Shown in pieces: positions 18,593-29,600 of a DNA stretch of 64,000 nt. A model generated the notes under the pieces. The model was not told the DNA's origin. It ran no database searches and saw only the letters and a program-made list of their open reading frames with translations. The stretch's first letter is position 1. Each line of letters opens with the position of its first letter. Source of the DNA: a virus; the IMG/VR virus record IMGVR_UViG_3300042868_012479, positions 18,524-82,523 of that record; one strand, given 5' to 3'. Made by a program: the position numbers and the translations under genes.

Positions 18593-21500
18593 TTAAGGGG
18601 TATCCTCCGCGCTAATAGCCGGCGATCCGGAGACGTTTAGGTCTCGAGTGACATATAGCCAAGCGCTATTGTCAGTTGTGTTGGCGTAGTTATTTGGAAG
18701 GTATGTGTAGTCGCCACGACGGATTCCGCCAGCAGCGTCTTTAGTAATGGCCCGAACTCGATACTGGTAACGATACTTGTAAGAGGCGCTGCTGTCAGTA
18801 TAGGTGTTATTTACAACTGCCTGGTTATCCGATGTGAGCAAGTCGCCCCACCCGGTCTTGGCGGTCTTGACAACCTCATACCAAGAGAATACAAGGTTGG
18901 TCGGGGCATTGGCCTTTGTCTTGCTAATAGCTGTAATTGGAAGGCTAGATCCGGCGTATATTTGGAATGTAACAGTAGTCAAATTAGACGCCTTGCTAAC
19001 AGACTGAATTTCCCACGTGCCGTTTAGTGAGCCATTCTTTTCACCAGTAATTTTCCAGCCCGTAACGGTAATAAATGTATTTTCGCTAATCGCAAGGTTC
19101 CCAGCGAAGACAACCGACACAGTAGAGATCCCCCCAACTGCTGCTGCGGTCCGGCTAACGGCTGTGCCGGTTTTCCTGAGATATGCTCGAGACTTTACTG
19201 ACTGCTGCAGCTCCTCGCGGCGGCGTTGAACTTCAAAGTTAGTAAAAAGCTTGTTCCGTGGGTCATTTCGATCAAAAACCCAACGAAGCACAATGCTGAG
19301 ATCAGCGGTTGTTGGCTTGCCATCAACGTCAATAGTGTTAGCAACAAGGTTGTTAATTGGGCTTGGCTTTGTAAACTGAAGCTGTCCTGGCCCAAGGCTT
19401 TGCGTAATCTCATCGCGCTGCACGAGAATGATTGCATCTTTTGTAAAAGCAGGCTCACTTCCAAGCGTTACCTGATAGTAAATTTCCCCGCCAAGAATTT
19501 CTGTTTGCTGGGATTTTACAACAATGGGTTCCGCGATCCCGGCCTGAGACCAAAGGTACGGGATAACGCTACCGGTTGTCAGACGCCCATCCGAGGCATG
19601 GGTAGGGTGAGAAAACTCAAAAGATTGCAGTTTTTTTCCAGATGAGGAAAATTGAGTTGCGGCAGCAAGGACTGCATCTTCTTGAGTTTCAACTGCGGTG
19701 TTCACGGTGCTCGACTCAATGATTTTTCCGTGCGTTTGCCAAACTCCCTGAACGTAGTCAAACGTGTACCGAATGACTTGGCCGGTAACCACGTCTGCAG
19801 TTAGAAGGTCGCCGCTTGCATCTTTCGTGATTGCTTTTGCGTATACATGCACACGGTTAGTGACGCTGCCAGCTTGTGAAATGTTTCCCGGGGACTCGAA
19901 TGGCTTCAGCGGAATGACGCTAGTGAGGGCCGTGTCAAACATGTATTCAGCAGTTGAACCGGGTGCAACACCGTAGTCTGCAAATCCAAACTCGCCAGTA
20001 ATTTTAGTGACAAATGGGTTTGCCCAGAAGTCTGTGTAAGACTGTGCTGCGTGTTCAAATATAAGCGCAGCTTGAGTGATTCCGGCCGTGCTAGGAACTG
20101 TGCACATCCCCCACATTTTCTCCCAAACATTAGCAGAAGACAGGGCGCCACCAATGGTGACATCAGAGCCAACCTGAGTTCCGCCAGCATCGTAGAATCG
20201 AATTTTTAGCCGAGGGTGAGCAGCATTTGTTGACTTTATCGTTGCGGATGCCCATAGTATTTCGCTAGCAGAAACGTCAAATTTTTTAGATTGAGCACGT
20301 TTTACCGTGGCGCCAGTTGCAGTCAAAGAGTATCCATAGCCGTAAGGCCCGCCCGTTCGTGAAGTTAGCGTAAAGCTATTCAATGTCCAGCCGGTTGTGC
20401 CGGCGTTACCAAACGAGTCCTCAAAAACTGAGTTAGATACGTAATTTTTTACTTCTCGCAATTTATAATGCAAATTCTTCTCTGCATCAACCCAATACTG
20501 GCATCCTGTTTTCTTTGCAAGGTAGTCCAGCGCTTGCCGCAGGGTCATTCCGTTAAACGGCTCCTTTAGCTTGCTGGCCGCAGACTTCCCAGGAAGGTTT
20601 GCAAGGTATCGGTAGTCGTTATCCTCGTTGAGAAGGTCGCCACGGGTGTACCAGTGGGCCATCCACGCAACGAGCTGCTCTCGCTCGGTGTCGCCAAGGG
20701 CCCGGTCAAAGATAAAGATATCTCCAATCAAGCCGTCAAAGAAGTGCCTAGGGGTACTTGAGCCGTAGCCATATCCAATGGTGAAATTTTCATGCCCAGT
20801 ATCGGCTGGAGTTACCGCAGCCAGTTGCTTTACCACTGTCTCGTCATTCTTTTGAAACGTTAAATCGCCAGTGGCATGGTCGTAAGAAAAGTATATAATG
20901 GCGGTCTCTCCGGCGGCTACAGAAATACCAGAGTTGATACCTGCACTGCTATTTGTGGTCTGTGTGTCAAAGTAAACAATATTTCCACTTGCGTTAAGCT
21001 TGAGCTCTTTTCGCCCCGGGGATGAGCCGCTAAGGCTTCCATGATGCCAAATTGTTTTGAAGTCTCCAGAGAGCGTAGCTGGCCGGATTAGGCATGCAAT
21101 CGTTGTGCTCTTTGCCATAGACCTAAACCCAATGCCGTGCCCGACTGCAGTCCCGGTGGCGGCCCCGGATGCAGTGGGCAAGCCAGCACCAGTAAAGTCC
21201 AGAGAAAATGTCAATGCAGTGGCTGCGGTAATCGTTCGGGCCGTGTCGTTGTAGGTCCCAACTGATGTGAGCTTTAGGACTACGCTTTCTCCGATAGCAA
21301 AACCATGGGCGTGGCTTGTTGTAAGAGTCAAGATCCCAGAAGTGCCATTCATAGAAAGGGCCGTAACGTCAGCAAGCCTACTTGAGGAAAGTCCTTGATA
21401 CTTAGATGCGGTGAATGACACGGCTTGCCGTCCGCCAATATAGGTAAGCGTGTCGTCAGGCATGGTGACAAATGTTGCGCTCGGGGTTGCGGCGGCTCGG

Positions 21501-23665
21501 CCGGCGCCTGCGCTTGCGGGCCAGGCGTAGTTAAACGTTGTGATGATCGCAGACTGCCCAATTGTTTGTGGCCCATCGCTATCATCAGTTCGGCTGTCGG
21601 CAAACTGTACATACGAGTACCCAGCGCTGCTAAGCGCCATTGTCGAAGCCCCGCGTTGCGCCTTGGTAAGCGGAGACCAGTTGTTCAGGTTGGTATTTGT
21701 TCCATTTTTGGCGTATACAGGGTATATTCCGCCCCTAAGCTCAGTGATAGTTAGTCCCGTTCCGCCCAATCCGCTATAGGGGCCTGAGATTGATACGTTA
21801 ACGATGTCGCCAACCTTAAATGGGTGAGTTGCCTTTTTAGTGCGGGAGTTATATGCAAGGCTCCACGGGGTAGTCTGCGCCCCAACGCCAATCTCTACCA
21901 GGTTGCTCTTTCGGTACGCGGAGTAGACGTGAAATGGGTTGGAGGCGCTAGCCGCCCCGTCACCAACCTGGGTGACCACAAATTTGCCGTTATAAGAGCC
22001 CGAACCAGAAACATGTATGACGTCATTGATGTCAAACCAGCCAGCCGGGCCATTGTGCCAGAGCGTAGTGACGCCGTTCACTCGCTTTCCGGCAATGATT
22101 TTGTACTTCTGGGCATGAGCCTGAACAAATTGAGTTTGCGCCACTTCGACGTACGAAACGTACGCATACCCACCGGATGTCCATGTGTTTGTCGATGAGT
22201 TTTTGATTTTAAAAGTAGTTGGCGTCGCTTCTTCTATGATTGAGTATGCAATGTTTAGTGTTCCGGAAGAGCCAGATTGGGTAATACCATAAATGCCAAC
22301 TGGGTCTCCCGCAAAGAACGTATTCGCTGCGGTGTATGTTGCGTACGTGCCGTCTGTAGACACACCTGTAATTGCCCCACTTGACCTGATGGCAAATCCA
22401 GGGTCAACCGGCGTGTATGCTCGCACGTTTGTTGCGCCGGTTGTAGCAACCCGGAAACCAGAGCTGTATGTGCCAGGGTTGTTGTACTCAATATTTCCCA
22501 AAGAGACAACCTGCCCGTCAGAGAGGCTGTGGTCTCCAATGGTTGTAAAGTCGATGTAGTCAGACGTTGAGTTGTAGGCCCCAACCGAGCGAACGATGTA
22601 TCGCTCAACAATCTCGCTATCAACTCGGGCAACACGAAGATCTTTCCGTGCGTCCATCGCCCTTGGGTCAAACGAGCTTCGCCCCGACTCGGTCTTTGGG
22701 TTTGACAGGGGAATCCAAGACTTTGCGCCCAGCTGTAGCGGGTAGCCGGCGTCAGGCAAATAAGTAATCGGGCTAAACCGTTTCTCATTAGTGTTTTCCT
22801 CAACATACGTAGTGTAGTTAATGCCAAGGCTGTAGCTTGCATTTGAGTACGGATCGGTTGTCCGGATGTCAGTGAAAAGAGAGGCGGTGTACGGAGTGCT
22901 GCGGCCAGATGACTCATCGGCAACGTTGGTATACGTCAAGGCGGTGTTGTCTGCCGTGTAGCTCACCACCGAGTCAACCGAATATACGGTCCAGGTTGAG
23001 TTGTAATTGGTGGTTCGATCAATGATTACCTGCTGCCCAACGATTAAATCGTGGGAGTCGTTAAGGGCAACAGTAATGCGTCGCTTGCCGGAACCGTTAT
23101 TCCCATCAGAGATCTTGGTGATTTTAAGGCCGTTCTTCTCCTTGTCGGTTGCATAGCCGCCACGGATGAGCTCATGGTCCAGGGTGTCGTATGGGGCTTT
23201 GTACTGAGTTATTACAACCTCGTCAAGAAGTGCAGTGTAGTCGGAGCACTTTACCTTTGTGATGATTGCGCTACCGGTACCGCGCCCACCGCCGGTACTT
23301 TCTCGGGACACCTGGGTAACAACGCCACCAAAGATCAGTACACCGGCCTCATATACCTCCACCTCTGTCCGGGAGGGGATGTCCAGCGCATACGTGTGGT
23401 CGTCTAGGGCAGCCTGCGCCTTTGCGTCAACATCTGCCCCAGGGTAGGCGGACCAGTCCAATGTTGAGTTTGGGAACATAGTAAAGATAGAAAAATCAAG
23501 AGAGGAGAGGGAGCCGTCGGTGCTCTCAGTAAAAGTAAACGACGACGAGCTTCCGTCCATAAACGCCACACGCTTCGTGATGTCAAGGAACCCATCACCA
23601 ATAGGGGTATGGCCCAGTAGGCGTGCCTTGATTTTTACTGTGATGGTTCCAGTATAGCTAGCCAT
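18593..23665 (-). CDS. Large tail tip/hub protein with LamG-like and CBM-like domains
   Basis: Follows the tape measure; hub-like FGGVVTQV..CSDYTALLD and LRQALDYLAKKTG..YWVD; FDGLIGDIFIFDRAL (LamG-like); repeated HxxxxGDxV units. Confidence 0.8.
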   Translation of the reverse strand: MASYTGTITVKIKARLLGHTPIGDGFLDITKRVAFMDGSSSSFTFTESTDGSLSSLDFSIFTMFPNSTLDWSAYPGADVDAKAQAALDDHTYALDIPSRTEVEVYEAGVLIFGGVVTQVSRESTGGGRGTGSAIITKVKCSDYTALLDEVVITQYKAPYDTLDHELIRGGYATDKEKNGLKITKISDGNNGSGKRRITVALNDSHDLIVGQQVIIDRTTNYNSTWTVYSVDSVVSYTADNTALTYTNVADESSGRSTPYTASLFTDIRTTDPYSNASYSLGINYTTYVEENTNEKRFSPITYLPDAGYPLQLGAKSWIPLSNPKTESGRSSFDPRAMDARKDLRVARVDSEIVERYIVRSVGAYNSTSDYIDFTTIGDHSLSDGQVVSLGNIEYNNPGTYSSGFRVATTGATNVRAYTPVDPGFAIRSSGAITGVSTDGTYATYTAANTFFAGDPVGIYGITQSGSSGTLNIAYSIIEEATPTTFKIKNSSTNTWTSGGYAYVSYVEVAQTQFVQAHAQKYKIIAGKRVNGVTTLWHNGPAGWFDINDVIHVSGSGSYNGKFVVTQVGDGAASASNPFHVYSAYRKSNLVEIGVGAQTTPWSLAYNSRTKKATHPFKVGDIVNVSISGPYSGLGGTGLTITELRGGIYPVYAKNGTNTNLNNWSPLTKAQRGASTMALSSAGYSYVQFADSRTDDSDGPQTIGQSAIITTFNYAWPASAGAGRAAATPSATFVTMPDDTLTYIGGRQAVSFTASKYQGLSSSRLADVTALSMNGTSGILTLTTSHAHGFAIGESVVLKLTSVGTYNDTARTITAATALTFSLDFTGAGLPTASGAATGTAVGHGIGFRSMAKSTTIACLIRPATLSGDFKTIWHHGSLSGSSPGRKELKLNASGNIVYFDTQTTNSSAGINSGISVAAGETAIIYFSYDHATGDLTFQKNDETVVKQLAAVTPADTGHENFTIGYGYGSSTPRHFFDGLIGDIFIFDRALGDTEREQLVAWMAHWYTRGDLLNEDNDYRYLANLPGKSAASKLKEPFNGMTLRQALDYLAKKTGCQYWVDAEKNLHYKLREVKNYVSNSVFEDSFGNAGTTGWTLNSFTLTSRTGGPYGYGYSLTATGATVKRAQSKKFDVSASEILWASATIKSTNAAHPRLKIRFYDAGGTQVGSDVTIGGALSSANVWEKMWGMCTVPSTAGITQAALIFEHAAQSYTDFWANPFVTKITGEFGFADYGVAPGSTAEYMFDTALTSVIPLKPFESPGNISQAGSVTNRVHVYAKAITKDASGDLLTADVVTGQVIRYTFDYVQGVWQTHGKIIESSTVNTAVETQEDAVLAAATQFSSSGKKLQSFEFSHPTHASDGRLTTGSVIPYLWSQAGIAEPIVVKSQQTEILGGEIYYQVTLGSEPAFTKDAIILVQRDEITQSLGPGQLQFTKPSPINNLVANTIDVDGKPTTADLSIVLRWVFDRNDPRNKLFTNFEVQRRREELQQSVKSRAYLRKTGTAVSRTAAAVGGISTVSVVFAGNLAISENTFITVTGWKITGEKNGSLNGTWEIQSVSKASNLTTVTFQIYAGSSLPITAISKTKANAPTNLVFSWYEVVKTAKTGWGDLLTSDNQAVVNNTYTDSSASYKYRYQYRVRAITKDAAGGIRRGDYTYLPNNYANTTDNSAWLYVTRDLNVSGSPAISAEDTP

Positions 23666-23668
23666 GTA

Positions 23669-26600
23669 TTACCTCGGCCGTGCGTAGCCCATGGCCCGAA
23701 GTGATCGGGTCTGAGCTGCTGCAACTTTTTCAGCCAGCCGGTCGATGTCGGCTGCAGAGTTTAGCTGCGGATTATTGATAACAACGGAGGCGCTGATTGT
23801 ACCACTGCCACCACCGATTGACATGCTCCCAGGGCCACGTAGTTTGTGGTTTGGAACGATGCTGCCAAGGTTGGATGGAACCATAATCTCTGGCCCACGC
23901 TCGCCCACAAGGTAGGCGTTGCCAGGGAAGACAGAGCCGCCAAGGGCTCGGGCACCAGTAACATTTTGATACAGCTTCTTGTCAACGTTAAAGATTCCCT
24001 TGCCGCCGGCCATGACAAAGCCTTGGGTTTGCTTCTGGAACTTGTTTTGCATCATGTTTGTGTAGATCCAATCACCAATAAACCCGCCAATCAAGCTGCC
24101 AACCCAACCGCCAACAAACGGAATAGGCAACAAGCCGCCAAGGAATTCGCCAACTCCTGATCCAAGCATGCCAACCATCGTTCGATCAACGCTTCCCCCG
24201 CCAAGAAGGGTTGCGGCAATGCCAGCAAATTTTGCAAGGCTGCCGCCAATTCCAGGAAGCATCGTCAGAAGATTCATGAATACGGACGATCCAAGGGTTG
24301 CAATATTGAGGTTTCCGGTAGCCCACATCGTTGCTATGTCGGCGACAATGCCCGCAATTCCTTGAGCCTTCTTGGACGCGCCAAACTTCAGGTCCATGCT
24401 CTTAAGCTTAGAGTTTGCTTTTGGCAGGGATGCAGGAGCGCCTGGAACTCGCCATCCTTCTGCGGCGGCAAGGTTGTCAACAAGTTTTTGAGCTTTCTTT
24501 GGATTTACTGCCTCTTGGTCTAAATTATCGAGGCGAGTATTTGGAAGAACTCCATTCTGCCTTGCAAATCGAACGAATGCCTCCGCATATGTTTCATGAG
24601 GGAAGGTATTGTATGAGCTTGTGGCCGATTTCAGGAAATTAAACGAGCCAGCAGCTCTAATAACTTTCCCGGCTGATCCAAGCATATTTCCAAGCATATT
24701 TCCCTTAGTTCCGGGGCGATTTCGTGGATTCCTCATGTCGACAATATGGCCGATTTCGTGAACCAGCGTTTCCATCATTCCAGACTTTGCATCATTAAGC
24801 TTTTCACTTCGGAAAAGAGGGTCCAAACTTTGCAGCCTTGCCTCGGAGCCTTTCCTTACTGGCCTTGTGGCCATAGCAATTTGATCAGGGCCAAACTGTC
24901 GAGTATAGGCATTTCCGGCAACACCCCATCCCAGCGTGTATTTTTCATCGTTAAGGAAATCGATAACAAAATTTGGCTTAAAGTCTTCCGGTGCAATCTT
25001 CAATACATTTCGAACAAGTTCGTCAATTTCTGGAACAGAGAAAGGCAAGCGTACTCCGTCATCAACTTTAATTTTTCCCCATGGAAATTCATACATTGTT
25101 GAAGCAACTGGAGTTTTTCGAAGAGGAAGCTCAAGATTTAGGAAATCAAGAAGCTTGCCTTGCTGCGTCATCTTTGCTGGCTGACGAGTGCCGCCATCTT
25201 CCAGCCAGCTATAATCAGTGCCAGTGCCATCAGCAAATCCGCCCATGATTGGGCCGGAGCCAGGTCGGGCCTTCTTGTTGTTTCCCTTGCCGGTTCCAGG
25301 ATTAGTGTAAGAACGAATCATTTCTTTGATTTCTTGCATGCGGTTGAGCCGGTCAGTGTAGCTATTTACCGCCACTTCATCCCAAATTCTGCTATACCCC
25401 CCGATGGAATGTCCCCCATATGAACCATCTTTAGCCCAGTACTTGTCAAAATTTTTCGGGTGGGGTGGGTATGCTAACCAATTTTGATGACTCGCTCTGC
25501 GAGATCGAGTAAACCGCATAGCCTTGTCGACAACATCTGTGTCAAAAACCAAGCCTCGAAGGATGTCAATAACTGTAAGCCCGTGATCCATAATTGCTGA
25601 TTCACTTGCGCGGTCTCTAGCGGATGTTGTGCCCATTCGCAGGTTTGCTGCGTGCAATGCATTGCTGCGCTCTACGTCAGCAACCATATCCATGTTCTGA
25701 AATTGTTTAGCCCACTCTAAATACTGCTCGTTTTCTGAGCGATCTTTCTGGTCAGGAAGTAAAGCTGTTTTTCGAGCATATTCTGCAAGATATGATTGAG
25801 GAAGTTTTATTCTATCGTCCAGCCGCAGGCTGGCGATTTTTTCTTTAAGCGGATGGCCGGCATTAACAAACCAAGATTTTGCAAGCCCAATAGCATCAGA
25901 AACCAAAGGAATTTCAAAATAATCTCTGTTGTATGGAGCTAGCGCTATGTTAAACTCTGGGAAATACGTTGGCCAAGTTGCGGCCCAGCGGCGATCTCTC
26001 TCCGCCCACGGGTTTACCCTATCGGAGTCATCCATGCGGACCCGCGAGGCCCCCGGTGTGCCTGCGGCAAATCCGCGCATGCGGCCCGTCTTTCCGGCCA
26101 TAAGGGCGCCGGCTGAGGACTTGAGGTAGGTAGGAAGCATGTGGTTAGGGACAATGTCGAGTTGGCCGCTTCCGCCAACGCTGAGCATCTCTGGGCCACG
26201 CTCGCCGACCATGTACTTGCCACCGGGAACAATTGATCCACCGGCTGCCTTATTTGCGTTTGGCAGGGTGATATTAGTAAGGAGCGCGGCGATCTGGTAA
26301 AGGATAGCGTCAACGTTTGTATCAAGGCCAGAGAGAAGCAAAGAATTTTGTTCTGGGCCAACAAGACCCTTCAGCTGTGCTTCTAGCCTTTGGATTTCCA
26401 TTCGTGCCAGTACGCCGGCTGCGGAAACGGCTGGGCCGTATTTCTTTTTTGCAGCCGGGTCGGTTTCAAGCTCGACGAGCTTGGCCTGAATTTGCTGCTG
26501 CTTAACTCGCAAGGAAGCAAGCTTGCCTGTAATTGCATCCTCGACCCTTTGGGTCGGAACGTACGTTTGCTTTGGCTCTGTGGCAGCTGCAAGAAGGGCC

Positions 26601-29600
26601 TGTGCGGCCTTGAGGTCGCTATCCGCCTTGAGCTTTGCAGCAGCAGCGCGAACATATGGGCCAAGCGCCTTAAACGCGGCGTCTATGTTGGAGGTAAGGC
26701 CTGACCAGAATCCGTCGCCAAAGTTTGCGCCGACGCCGGTTCCCTGAACTTTAAGCGCCGCAACATCGATCCCCGCGTCTGAGAAGGCGTCGTTAAGCTC
26801 TGCCTTTGCGCCAGCAAGAGTAATCTTTCCTTCTTCAATCTTCTTTTGCAGGTCTTGGATTCGCTCATCAAGTTTGCGCTGTCGCTCTGACTGATCGGTC
26901 TCAAGCTGCTTGAGCTTCTGTTCGTAGAAATCAACAGTGTCCGTAAACGGCACGCTGGCTTCTCCGGCCGTAATGGCGGCCTGCATATCGTCAGCCTGCC
27001 TCTGGCTCTCACCGTCATAAAGAGTACGAGCCGCGTCGCGTGCGGCAACAGCTCGCTGCAACGGGTCAACAGTGGCATCGAACATGGCTGCCGCAGCCTC
27101 AGCAGCAGCTTGGCGGTCCTTCTCAAGTGCCTTAAGCTTCTCAACCTCTTCGCGCTGGGCAACGAGCGCCGCATGCTGCTCTTTAAGGGTTCCAAGGCGA
27201 ATACTCTCGCCGTTGTAAAGGACGGCAACGTTATCAAGCGCCTTGTTCTTCTCGGTTTCAAGGGCCTTCTTCTCGTCCTCAAAGACAGCGCGCAGTACGT
27301 CTGTGGCGCGAGTCAGGAGGCGGTTGAGTGGCTTCTGGAACCCTTCAGATGCCTTGCTGAGCGCCTCAGCTGCGTTCTCAGCGATCTCTCCGCTTGAGTC
27401 CACGGCGCCCTGGAGCAGCTTCAGCGTGGCTTCGGCCTCGGAAGTGCCAGCCGCACCAGCAATCGCGTCTGTAACCCGCTTTTTGGTTGCAGCAGTGACT
27501 GAACCAAAGATGGTTTGGGCAACGGATTCGATGCTTGATCCCATCGCAGTGAGGCGCAAGATTTCGTTGTCTTCCGCGCGGGCTATTGCCTTCTGCCCAC
27601 CGGCGGTACGTCGTGCTGGTGCTGGTCCGTAGACAAGGTCCAGTTCTTTTGCGGTGCGATTTGCGTCGTACTGGCGCATTTCCGCCAGGGCCGCAGGCGA
27701 AACTGTTCGCATCTTATCAATGCGCATCTTGAGGTACTCAAATCCTTCTCCACCAAAACCACCTTGCGACTGGTTGTACTTGAACAAAAGGTCGTCCTGC
27801 GACATTGCGGCGACTTCTTCTGGCTTGTACCCGTGGTTGGCAATAAGCACCTGTCGGGCATAATCAAGCATGCCCTTCTGGACAAGCGGATTGTTAAAAT
27901 CTTCAGCTGTTGTTGGGTTTGCAGCCATGATACGGTCCGAAACTGACTGGCCGTATTTTTCCGCAAACGTCTTTGCATATGCCTCATCCGCAATGACACT
28001 TTTCCCGTACGTAGTTTCTGCGGCAAGTTTCTTAAGCTTCTTATCTGCCTCTGAGGCCGCAACCCCAAGACCCACAACGGCAATAGTGCCTGCGGCCATA
28101 GCGGCGGCAAGGGCCAGATTTACTCCAGGGATGAACATGAACAATGCGATCAACGCCTGCAAGCCCATGGCAAACAGTCCGAGGTTTGTCATGACCCCGC
28201 CAAGCGACTGCAGGAACTCGTTATTCAACATAGTCCCTAGCGCGGTAAATCCAATACCGACACCAAGCAATGACTGACCTACAGTGCCAAGGTTTGAGGC
28301 AATTGCCTTTGCGGCACTGGAAAGTGCGGTCCTAAAATTTGCAAAGCTGCTGAATGTTGACCTAAGTGCCTGCCCAAATCCTCGGACTCCTTCTTTTACC
28401 GCAGCCAGCTCTCCGGCCAGTCGCTTTGCCTCTTCGGCGCCAACCTTCTTTTCAAACTCTATTTTCTCTGGGCTATTCCCCCTAAGAAATGCCAACGTGT
28501 CCTTTGCGTCCTTAGTGCTGACCGCTCCGGCACGCTCTTCTGGCGAGATGGCGGTTGGCACGATTACTGGCTTCCCTGTCTTTGCCGCCTCTTCTCGAGC
28601 CAGCATTTGCATGCGCGCAAAATTTGCTTCAGCAAGAGCTGGGCCACCCTGGAATCCAGAGCCTGGGCCGATTGGGGTCATGCTGTACACTGCCGGACCA
28701 CGAACTGGGCGCCCGTCTTCGCCATAGATCGGCCTACCATCTGGGCCCCTGAGCTTTTCGCCTTCCATTCGGGTCGCCTGGTAGCGGGTTTCAAATCGGC
28801 GCTCGGTTGCGCCAAACATTGACGCCATTGCCCCGGAGAACCGGAAGTTGCTCATTGCCGCCTTGACCTTATCTGCGGCGGTGGCGACCTTGAGCATTGA
28901 TGCTGCGATACCGTCGATCAGTAGGCGCTTTCCGATCCACGCCCCAAAGAATGCGCCAATGAGAGGCGCAAGAGACTGGAAGGTTCCGCCAAAGGCCGCA
29001 AACATCCCAATTAATGTCTCGATAATTGGAAGGATTGACTTGACTGCGGCGAGGAGCATTGCACCAACAACTTCGAGACTTGAGGAAATTGCAGTGGTAA
29101 TTGTTGGAACAATAGAGTCCGCAGTTTGCGACAGGGCTCCCTGGACAGATTCAACGAAGCCAGAAATCGTGTCCTTCATGCCAAACAGGTTTTGCTCTGC
29201 GGCATTGCCTAGGAACCCTACAAGTGCCGTTCCGCCGATGATCGCCGCAAGCAGCGGGTTGGACGCCATGGCGCCAGTGAGCACCTTCATCGCTACTCCG
29301 GTAGCAACAAGCTTACCAATTACCTGGTTTGATAGAATCTCCCCAACAATTCCCAGCCCCTTGGCGAAGGAGTCAAAGAATCCAAGTACGGTGCTGCCCG
29401 GCCCAGAGAGGTTTTGGGTAAAGCCAGAGATGACGTTTGCGAACGCGTCAACAAATGTCTCGAGTACCTTTGTGGCTCCTGGCAAGCCGCTTGCAATGCC
29501 GTCGGTAATTCCCTTAATCACCTCGCCCATTTGTTCCGCTTGCGCCGTAGCGGCCGGCGTCTGAAGGAACAGAGAGAGCTGGTAGGTTTGGTCTCGCACC

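Noticed and set aside
9639-23665. Diversity-generating retroelement acting on fibre genes
   Set aside because: No reverse transcriptase and no adenine-specific TR/VR pair seen; fibre repeats are ordinary protein repeats.
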